From positions 1,024,001 through 1,088,000 of the forward strand of contig CBDCXL010000002.1 of the NCBI GenBank assembly GCA_965223795.1: 64,000 nucleotides of DNA, in the 5' to 3' direction. This DNA comes from Nitrospinales bacterium (GTDB taxonomy: Bacteria > Nitrospinota > Nitrospinia > Nitrospinales > VA-1). The notes under the pieces are model-generated. The model was not told the origin of the DNA. It ran no database searches and saw only the letters and a program-made list of their open reading frames with translations. The number at the start of each line of letters is the position of its first letter. The stretch's first letter is position 1. Below are positions 17,730 to 25,565 of the stretch, piece after piece. The translations under genes and the position numbers were made by a program.

Positions 17730-18191
17730 TCAGTCCTGGATGATGACGGCGTTGTTGGTGAAACCGTTCTGCTCGACGGTGGCGCTGTTGTGCTGGCCAT
17801 TCTGCAGCACGGCGGCGTTGTTGTGGATGCCGTGCTGATGCACATCGGCGTTGTTGCGGAAGCCGTCCTGGGTCACAGTGGCGTTGTTCAACAGGCCGTG
17901 CTGAGAGACATGCGCGTTGTTGTTGCAGCCTTTCATGGCCACCGAAACGCCATTCAGAGCCCCGTTCTGGGCAGAGGTGGCGTTGTTGAAGCCGCAGTTA
18001 TAAGGAAGGTGCTTTTTCACGCCGTATCCCTTTTTCATCATCGGCATCGTGCCGTAGCGCTTCCAGTCTTTTTTCAGGGTCATTCCTCGGTGCATTTTGC
18101 CTTTGCGCTCGAGGGTCAACGCATCGCTGTTTCCAGCGGCGAGGATGGTGAACGCGGCTACCAGGGCGATTGCAGTGATTGACTTTTTCAT
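17730..18191 (-). CDS. Curlin-repeat protein 4
   Basis: AAGGAG RBS before ATG 18191; signal peptide; about 8 NNA..Q-x-G units; two Cys. Confidence 0.85.
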   Translation of the reverse strand: MKKSITAIALVAAFTILAAGNSDALTLERKGKMHRGMTLKKDWKRYGTMPMMKKGYGVKKHLPYNCGFNNATSAQNGALNGVSVAMKGCNNNAHVSQHGLLNNATVTQDGFRNNADVHQHGIHNNAAVLQNGQHNSATVEQNGFTNNAVIIQD

Positions 18192-18293
18192 TGTGAGTCT
18201 CCTTTTCTTTGGGTTAGGGTTTGTTGTGTGACTTCCATTTATCTTTGTCGATGACGGAATCGATGGATTCGATCGTTCTTGCCCCCTAGCTAT

Positions 18294-18310
18294 TGCAGGC
18301 GGCATGCCAA
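18294..18310 (-). promoter_or_regulatory. Sigma-54 promoter
   Basis: TTGGCATGCCGCCTGCA. Confidence 0.8.
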
Positions 18311-18382
18311 AATCGAATCCCTTGTGTTTCCAGTCATTTAAAAAGGAATCGCGCATGCGGTCAGGCTGCACGGCGGCCGGCT

Positions 18383-18402
18383 CCATGCATGGTTCCATGC
18401 AT
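18383..18402. promoter_or_regulatory. Putative shared UAS between the divergent sigma-54 promoters
   Basis: CCATGCATGG at 18383-18392, followed by CCATGCAT at 18395-18402. Confidence 0.7.
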
Positions 18403-18477
18403 TCCAAGCGCGGGACAACCGCCCGGTGGAGGAAACAGACTTTCTTATTTTTCAAGGCCTTGTGGCTGATTTCGCAT

Positions 18478-18494
18478 TTGGCACGCGCCCTGCA
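18478..18494 (+). promoter_or_regulatory. Sigma-54 promoter of the csgG-like operon
   Basis: TTGGCACGCGCCCTGCA. Confidence 0.85.
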
Positions 18495-18557
18495 AGACAA
18501 AGAGCAGAAGTTTGATTTCGGAAGAATCCACTGTTTGATCTTGAAAGGGAATGCAAA

Positions 18558-19664
18558 ATGAAAAACCTCAAATTAAATCTCACGGCATTACTGGCCTTGC
18601 TGCTATTGACGGGCTGCGGTTCCGTGAACGGCGGCGTGGGGACGTCCTATTCCACCACGGCCACCAATTATGAGGACAGCGGCAGCTACGATTCGGATGG
18701 CCGGCAGGAAGCGCAGCAGGACTCTCTGGATTCATTAGAAGAACCCGAGGCCCCGCAAAGACCGGTGATCCGCAAGGCTCAGTTCAAGAAAACCGTCGCG
18801 GTATCCCGCTTTGAAAACCGCACCACGGCAGCCGGTCAGATCAACCTGGGAACCGGCATGTCCGACCAGCTGACCAACGCGCTGGTGCAGAGCGATAATT
18901 TCGTGGTTCTGGAGCGGCAGAATCTGGCGGACGTCCTGCAGGAGCAGGATTTCGCCCGCAGCGGCCGCGCCCGCAAGAGCACCACGGCCCAGACCGGCCA
19001 GGTCATTCCGGCGCAGATCCTCATTAAAGGCACCATCACGGAATTTCAGCAGCAGGAATCGGGCAGCGGCGCCGGCGTCAGCTACATGGGCTTCACTGTG
19101 GGCACCGAATCCACGGAAGCGCACGTCGCCCTGATCCTCAGGATCATCGACACCACGTCGGGACAGGTTCTCGATTCGGTGCGGCTGGAAGGCAAGGCCC
19201 GCGGCACGGGATACAAATTCGGCGTCAGCTACATGGGCGTCGGCTTCGAGGCGGAAAAATTCGCCAACACGGCACTCAACAAAGCCGTGCAGACGGTGAT
19301 CGACCAGGCCACGCAGATGATCGCGCGCAACCTGAATGAGATCCCGTTCGAAGGCAAGATCATCAAGGTGCAGGAAGACACGTTCTACACCAACATCGGC
19401 GCGCGCAACCGGGTATCCGGCGGTGACGTGTTCGATGTGTACTCCCCCGGCGCGGAACTGATCGACCCGGACACCGGCGAGAAGCTCGGTTCGCTCAAGA
19501 AAAAAGTGGGCACGGTGGTGATCTCCATGCCGAAGGAAAAATTTTCCAAGGCGTTCTCTTCTCAGGGTGAGCTTTACAAGGAAGGCTACATCCTGCGCGA
19601 GAAGGGCGAAAACATTTCCGACATCCCATTGGATGATCCTCTGGGCGAAGGCGGATCGATTTAA
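18558..19664 (+). CDS. csgG: CsgG/HfaB-family curli secretion lipoprotein with FlgT-like C-terminal domain
   Basis: Lipobox LTGC; VAVSRFEN, LTNALVQSDNFVVLERQNL..VLQEQ, LIKGTITEF, LRIIDTTSGQVL motifs; adjacent to curlin genes. Confidence 0.85.
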   Translation: MKNLKLNLTALLALLLLTGCGSVNGGVGTSYSTTATNYEDSGSYDSDGRQEAQQDSLDSLEEPEAPQRPVIRKAQFKKTVAVSRFENRTTAAGQINLGTGMSDQLTNALVQSDNFVVLERQNLADVLQEQDFARSGRARKSTTAQTGQVIPAQILIKGTITEFQQQESGSGAGVSYMGFTVGTESTEAHVALILRIIDTTSGQVLDSVRLEGKARGTGYKFGVSYMGVGFEAEKFANTALNKAVQTVIDQATQMIARNLNEIPFEGKIIKVQEDTFYTNIGARNRVSGGDVFDVYSPGAELIDPDTGEKLGSLKKKVGTVVISMPKEKFSKAFSSQGELYKEGYILREKGENISDIPLDDPLGEGGSI

Positions 19665-19732
19665 CAAGGCACGCACATTTTGCATTCAAACTTCCGTTCA
19701 ACACACAACCTTTAAACGACGAGGACCCGACC

Positions 19733-20488
19733 ATGAAACGCTTTTTGAATATCGACAGCAGCACCCCGAGAAAGCCTGTGGGCCTGAAAGCGGCTCTGAT
19801 CGCCGCGGCCCTGATCGCAATGCCGCTCAGCGCCGACGCCCAGCAGGGCCAGAGCGTCTACGAGCAGAGCTACTCGACCCAGTACGGCAATCCGTACCAG
19901 CAGGAGTCGTTCCAGCAGAATCAGTTCTCCTACGGCGCGTTCCCGGAATCCCGAAGGCCGACCTTCAACCAGTTCTACGAAGCCCGGGAAAGTGCGCTGT
20001 TCAGCGAAGAAAAAAGGAAACAGGATAAAATCGACGACATGAACCGGGAGCTTCTGGAAAATCAGCTCAAGTTTGACCAGCAGAACTTCTTTGACCAGAA
20101 CCAGGGCGGCGGTTCCGGCGGTCAGGGTGGTCAAGGCGGTCAGGCAGGACCGGGTGGTTCGGCCGGCGGCCAGGGCGGCGGCGGATTTGGAGGCGGCGGC
20201 TTCGGCGGCGGTGGTGGTGGATTCATCGGCGGCGGCTTCGGCGGTGGATTCGGCGGCAGCCTGATTCAGGGAGACAACAACCAGATCATCGTGCAGACCG
20301 GCCAGGGCAACAGCAATCTCTCGCAGGACGGCGACGGCAATCTGGCTGAATCCAGCAACTCCGGCGGCGGCAGCGGCAGTGGCAGCGGCGGAAATTCGTC
20401 GGCGAGCGCGCAGGCGGGCGACGGCAACACCAGCTCGGTCTTCCAGAGCGGCGAAGGCAACAGCGCCGCGATCTCACAAGGCAACTGA
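19733..20488 (+). CDS. Secreted chimeric protein: Q/Y/F-rich region, charged helix, Gly-rich linker and C-terminal curlin repeats
   Basis: Signal peptide ending ADA; GGFGGG linker; QTGQGN, QDGDGN, QAGDGN and QSGEGN units. Confidence 0.75.
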   Translation: MKRFLNIDSSTPRKPVGLKAALIAAALIAMPLSADAQQGQSVYEQSYSTQYGNPYQQESFQQNQFSYGAFPESRRPTFNQFYEARESALFSEEKRKQDKIDDMNRELLENQLKFDQQNFFDQNQGGGSGGQGGQGGQAGPGGSAGGQGGGGFGGGGFGGGGGGFIGGGFGGGFGGSLIQGDNNQIIVQTGQGNSNLSQDGDGNLAESSNSGGGSGSGSGGNSSASAQAGDGNTSSVFQSGEGNSAAISQGN

Positions 20489-20658
20489 ACGCAACAAGGG
20501 GCTGCCCGGAAGGAATCACGGTTCCGCGCAGCCCCGATGGGGACAGCAAACCAGCGTTGCTCTTATGAACCGGGTGCAGCCGCTTGTGCCGGACGCAGCC
20601 TGTTTGACGGGCAACGTTACCCGATCAATCTTGCAGTTTCTCAATTGGAGAACCAACC

Positions 20659-21354
20659 ATGAATCGTTCGAGAAAGAATCGTCTTTTTAATGACAGAACG
20701 ACCGGCCGTCCTTCGCTGGCCCAATCCCTGCTGATCGCCGGCTCGCTTTTGCTGACACCGGCACTCTGCCTGGCGGACAGCGGCATGGAAGAGGACTACG
20801 GCTACCATCCTTACTTCAAGGAATTCGCGCAGGAAAATCCGCACCTGTTCCAGAACGTTCCGGAACATCTGCAGCAGTATCTGAACCTGCCTGAAACGGA
20901 AGCGCCGCAGATCGCGGACGGCGGCCAGGCGATGCGGGACGAAACGCGGGCAACGATCGAACAGCGGATGCAGGAAGCGCAGGAGCGCGTGCGCCGCATG
21001 ATGGAAGAGCAGCAGAAGCAGATGGAAGAACATCAGCAGCAGATGGAGTCCGAAAGCGGCGATCGGGCTGTCGTCATTCAGGACGAAAACAACAACTCCA
21101 AGGTCATTGTGCAGTCGGGCGAGAACAACCGCAAAAACCTGATTCAGAAGGGTGAGAACAATGAGATGGGTCTTTTCCAGAGCGGCAAGGACAACGAAGG
21201 CAACATCACCCAGTCGGGCAAAGACAACAAGGCAACGACCATGCAGTCCGGAAAGCACAACAAAAGCACGATCGTGCAGGGTGGTTCCGGCAACAGCGCC
21301 ACCATCATTCAGGGCAGCAGCTCCAACTCCGCCAGGATCAATCAGGGTGACTGA
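20659..21354 (+). CDS. Secreted curlin-repeat protein with N-terminal helical domain (CsgB-like candidate)
   Basis: Signal peptide; Q/E/M-rich helix; about 9 N..QSG units at the C terminus. Confidence 0.8.
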   Translation: MNRSRKNRLFNDRTTGRPSLAQSLLIAGSLLLTPALCLADSGMEEDYGYHPYFKEFAQENPHLFQNVPEHLQQYLNLPETEAPQIADGGQAMRDETRATIEQRMQEAQERVRRMMEEQQKQMEEHQQQMESESGDRAVVIQDENNNSKVIVQSGENNRKNLIQKGENNEMGLFQSGKDNEGNITQSGKDNKATTMQSGKHNKSTIVQGGSGNSATIIQGSSSNSARINQGD

Positions 21355-21462
21355 TTGACAAGGGGGTATTGCGCCGGAAAGGCTCAATAGGGGGACCCCC
21401 GGCGAAGGGAGCTGCTGCCACCGTGCAGGCAGGAAGCAAACAGTGGACCTTGCATTCCCTCA

Positions 21463-21488
21463 CCTCCTCTCCCGAACGGGAGGGGAGG
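21463..21488. repeat. REP-like palindrome
   Basis: CCTCCTCTCCC-GAAC-GGGAGGGGAGG hairpin. Confidence 0.5.
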
Positions 21489-21805
21489 CTTCCTGTTTTT
21501 AAACACTTTCGATTTTCCGGTTCCCTGCCGGCCTGGCGCTGTGCTGGATTGCGTTTTCCGGCGCTGGCGGGTTCGCCTCCGATCCGGCCGGTCCGGCCTA
21601 GAGCATGCGTTGTTTTTCCGCACGCCCGGCACCTGTCGCTGCTGCTTTCGTGCCGCCTGGGTCCAGGGCAATAAATTTCGTGGCATTCCTCATTTAAATC
21701 AGAGACAATATATTAAATCGGAATACGGCCCCGAATGCAAATCCCGCCTTTACCCTTGATTTTTCAGGCTTTCCGGCGGGCATCGGGGAAAGCGCCACCC
21801 TCAAG

Positions 21806-22507
21806 ATGGGAAGTGGAAGCATGGTCTCGAAACACAATTTTCTGAAAGAAATCCCGATCTTTTCGGGTCTGACCGAAGAGCATCTGGACGAGCTCGCCAA
21901 CATTTCGATCGAGAAGACCTACCGGAAAAACCAGGTGATCTTCGATCAGGGGGATCCGGGAAACTCGCTCATCATCCTCAAATCGGGTCTGGTCAAAATC
22001 TCTCTGGTGGACTCGAACAATCACGAATTCATCATCAAAACGTTCGGGGAGTGCGATTTTTTCGGGGAAATGGCGCTCCTCGAAGGCGGGATGCGCAGCG
22101 CCACGGCCACGGCGGTGGAGGACACGAACACGATCATCATTTTCCGGGAGGATTTCATCCGCCTGATCCAGAAAACTCCGTCGTTCGCCATGAATATCCT
22201 GACGGAACTGGCGTACCGGCTGCGGCGCACGACGGAAAACCTCTCCAATCTCACTTTCTTCGACGCCTACGGCAAGGTGGCCCGCTGCCTTCTGGACCTG
22301 CAGGACAAGATCGGCCGGGAGGAAAACAACAGCACGGAACTCAACCTCAAGCTGTCCCGTCAGGAGCTCGCCAACATGGCGGGCCTTTCGCGCGAAACCT
22401 TCACACGCATCCTCAAGGAATTTCAGGTGCGCGGCTGCCTGGATGTGAAGGGCAAAAAGATCGTCATCCTCAACGAAAAGGTCCTGCGGCGCGAAATCAA
22501 AATCTGA
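21806..22507 (+). CDS. Crp/Fnr-family transcriptional regulator (cyclic-nucleotide binding)
   Basis: FGEMALL...RSATATA cNMP-binding motif; LSRQELANMAGLSRETFTRIL HTH. Confidence 0.92.
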   Translation: MGSGSMVSKHNFLKEIPIFSGLTEEHLDELANISIEKTYRKNQVIFDQGDPGNSLIILKSGLVKISLVDSNNHEFIIKTFGECDFFGEMALLEGGMRSATATAVEDTNTIIIFREDFIRLIQKTPSFAMNILTELAYRLRRTTENLSNLTFFDAYGKVARCLLDLQDKIGREENNSTELNLKLSRQELANMAGLSRETFTRILKEFQVRGCLDVKGKKIVILNEKVLRREIKI

Positions 22508-22510
22508 CCG

Positions 22511-22815
22511 GGCTTCCGCCCGGTGGGAACAGGTCCCACTTTTATTGCCTATCCAACGCTTTTGGCATACGTCGCACGTCCCCCTTGCGGGCGCAGCCTT
22601 TGGGCTTTCGCCCGCTGAGAACGGGTCACACATTTAACTCCCATCAACCCGTAACGGGCATACGTCGAACATTTTCTTTGCATTGGCAAGCACCAGGCTT
22701 CCACCCGGTAGGAACAGGTCCCACTTTTATTGCCTATCCAGCTCTTTTGGCATACGTCGCACGTCCCCCTTGCATGCGCAGTCTTTGCCCCTGGCTCCCG
22801 CCGGGTGGGAACAGG
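22511..22815. repeat. Intergenic tandem repeat, ~92-97 bp unit, three copies plus a partial fourth
   Basis: Units start at 22511, 22603, 22696 and 22793; units 1 and 3 are near-identical; all three full units share GGCATACGTCG. Confidence 0.85.
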
Positions 22816-22886
22816 AAAAACCGCTCACCCCGTTCTGGCCTTTTTGGGCACATTTTGCAATGCGATCTGTGCGTTGAAGACTGCGC

Positions 22887-25160
22887 TTATTTTGTGGTGA
22901 GTGGGAACACGCCGTCCCAGACTTCCGGCGGGGGATTCTTTTCAAATTCCTGGCAGCGTTTTTTCAGCGTCTGGGCGGGACCGTCCTCGGGAAACATCTC
23001 CAGCACTTTTTCGAAGTAAGGCAGCGCCTGCTGCCAGCGCCGGTTCTTGTAGTGGCGCAGCCCTTCGCCGAACACCGGCAGCATGTCGAGGACCCGCTCT
23101 TCCACGTTGCCGGCTTTTCCGATCAGCTCGTACACGTTCACCGGCGTGGCCCGCCCCATCACGCGGATGGAATCGAGTTCGCGCACCACGATGAAGTCCT
23201 TCGCCTGCTCATAGGTGCTCTCGCTGATGAGGCACTCGGTGCCGTATTCTTTGTTGGCCGCTTCCAGCCGGGCCGCAAGGTTCACCGAGTCGCCGTTCAT
23301 GCCGTAGTTCATGCGGTTTTTGGAACCCATGTTGCCCACGACCATGAGACCGGTGTTGATGCCGACGCGCATGTGCAGTTCGGGCTTGCCTTCCTGCCTC
23401 CATTCCTGTCTCAGTTCCGCCAGCCGTTCCTGCATTTCGATGCCCACCCAGCAGGCCCGCTTGGCGTGCTCGTCGAAATGCAGCGGCGCGCCGAAAAACG
23501 ACTTGATGGCGTCGCCGTCGTATTTGTCGAGTGTGCCTTCGTACTTGAAAAGGATGTTGGTCATTTCGGTCAGATAAGTGTTCAGATGGTTCACCAGGGC
23601 TTCCGGGCTGAGCTTTTCGGAAAAGCTGGTGAACCCGGCAATGTCGGTGAACAGCGCGGTCAGTTCTTTCTGTTCGCCACCCAGCTTGAGCTTGGTGGGG
23701 TCTTTGAGCAGCTGATCGATGACCGTCGAGGACAGGTATTTGCTGAACACGTTCTGCACGAACTGCTTCTGCTTGATCTCGGTGTTGTAGCGGTACAACA
23801 GCAGGGCGGCGAGGATCAGGGAGTTTTCCAGAAAGGGGTAGACGTCGGTGATCCAGAATTTTTTGTGCACGAACAGCCAGTGGCTGAAATAAAACTGTCC
23901 GGTGATCGTGACCAGCCAGGCGGGCAGTCCGTAGCCGGGGCGGATGCGGGAATACAGCCAGGTCAGAAAGAATCCCAGCACGATGAGATAGGCGCTGTCG
24001 GCCAGGTGAACCCAGTCGGGCTGGTAGAGCGAATTGTTGTGCAGCAGGTTGTCGATGACCGTGGCGTGGATCTCGACGCCCGGATACGCGGAATCGTACG
24101 GCGTCAGCTTGATGTTTTCCAGTCCGGGCGCGGTGGCGCCGATCAAAACGATTTTGTCTTTCAGGCTGCCTTCGGGAACCTCTTCGTAGCGGTCGTGGAT
24201 GATGTCGGTCAACGAATAGTGGGGAAAGGTTTTGCCCTTGCCCATGAAGTTGATCAGCGCCTCGCCTTTTTCGTTGGTGAGGATCTTGAGCGGCCTCTCG
24301 CCATCGAGCAGAACGGTCTCGACGCCGAACGCGCCGACACGGAACAGCAGGGTGCCGTCGAGGTATTTCTCCAAGATGCGCACGGCCAGCGGCGGGAAAT
24401 AATAATCCTGCCGGGTTCCGGAGTCGTGGTACTTCACGATGAGCGGAAGCTGCCGGATCGAGCGGTCGGATTCCACGTCGATGCTGATGAAGCCGACGTC
24501 CTTGACGGCCTTGGAGAGAACGGGAATATTCGATTCCACCGCGTAGGCGGAGCGGAAGTCGATGGCGGAAAGGTCGACCTCTTCATTGGACTTGATGAAC
24601 CCGACGAACTGGGCCGGTTTGATGTTGTTGAAAAAGCTGTGCATGGCGCTGGCCGACAGGTGGCCCACGCCTTCGGGATCGAAGTGGAAGAAGTAGCCAA
24701 GCACCGCCCGCCGCGATTTGCCCAGCACTTCGGCGAACTGGTTGTCGTAATCGGAGTCGTGGATGTAGCCTTCCAGGGTCTTGAGCACTCCCTTGTCGGT
24801 GTTCGGCCTGGCGTCGAGCTCCTGGTACAGTTTCCAGAGATTCTGGATTCCCGAACTGTCATCGGGAGATGAAAACACCATGTCGAACCCGATCACACGC
24901 ACGTCGCGCTCGACCAGCTTCTCCACGATTTCGGTCAGCTTGCTGCGGGGCCAGGGCCAGCGCCCCAGCTCGTCGATGCTTTTTTCGTCGATCGCGGCGA
25001 TCACCACTTCCGGGCCGGGCGGCAGGGGACCGCGCAATTGAAAATGCGTGTTTTGATACATCCGTTCGAAGGGACGCAGCAGGGACGGCAACAGCCAGTA
25101 AGACAACACCACCAGGGCGGTGATCCCGAATCCGATGATCCAAGGCGTCGACTTTTTCAT
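22887..25160 (-). CDS. CHASE2-domain class III adenylate/guanylate cyclase
   Basis: CHASE2 (GRWPWPR, FDMVF, PGVEIHATVID); TMs; FTDIAGFT, DKYDGDAI and GDSVNLAARLE catalytic motifs; C-terminal TPR-like tail. Confidence 0.93.
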   Translation of the reverse strand: MKKSTPWIIGFGITALVVLSYWLLPSLLRPFERMYQNTHFQLRGPLPPGPEVVIAAIDEKSIDELGRWPWPRSKLTEIVEKLVERDVRVIGFDMVFSSPDDSSGIQNLWKLYQELDARPNTDKGVLKTLEGYIHDSDYDNQFAEVLGKSRRAVLGYFFHFDPEGVGHLSASAMHSFFNNIKPAQFVGFIKSNEEVDLSAIDFRSAYAVESNIPVLSKAVKDVGFISIDVESDRSIRQLPLIVKYHDSGTRQDYYFPPLAVRILEKYLDGTLLFRVGAFGVETVLLDGERPLKILTNEKGEALINFMGKGKTFPHYSLTDIIHDRYEEVPEGSLKDKIVLIGATAPGLENIKLTPYDSAYPGVEIHATVIDNLLHNNSLYQPDWVHLADSAYLIVLGFFLTWLYSRIRPGYGLPAWLVTITGQFYFSHWLFVHKKFWITDVYPFLENSLILAALLLYRYNTEIKQKQFVQNVFSKYLSSTVIDQLLKDPTKLKLGGEQKELTALFTDIAGFTSFSEKLSPEALVNHLNTYLTEMTNILFKYEGTLDKYDGDAIKSFFGAPLHFDEHAKRACWVGIEMQERLAELRQEWRQEGKPELHMRVGINTGLMVVGNMGSKNRMNYGMNGDSVNLAARLEAANKEYGTECLISESTYEQAKDFIVVRELDSIRVMGRATPVNVYELIGKAGNVEERVLDMLPVFGEGLRHYKNRRWQQALPYFEKVLEMFPEDGPAQTLKKRCQEFEKNPPPEVWDGVFPLTTK

Positions 25161-25565
25161 GACAGAAAAAACGTGGATGGGCCCATCATTTGCACCTGTT
25201 CTGACTTTGATTGCGGATGTTCCCGGCAGTCGGCATTGGCAGCGCGCGCCTCTTTCGTTCGTGCGACAGGAATTCTTACCACACTGCTTTCAAGATGGGA
25301 CAGAAAAATCCGTGTGCCCATCAATCATTCGGATCCGATAAAGTCAAGCCTCAGATTATAAGAGGGTTGATTTAAAAACAAGAATTTAACCAAATTTTTT
25401 TACGGCCCCGCAGCGCCGCCCGTCCCGGTTTCGGGAAACGGATCAAATGCATTGAAATTCCAGCCCGACAGGCTAATGAGTTGATCCCTCTCCGTAAAAA
25501 TGTCATGATGATTCGATCGTTGCCTGCCCCAAGACGTGATTCTTTCATCGCACAGGAAACGGCCC

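Noticed and set aside
22511..22815. CRISPR array
   Set aside because: The whole ~93-bp unit is repeated with no unique spacers, and there are no cas genes in the window.
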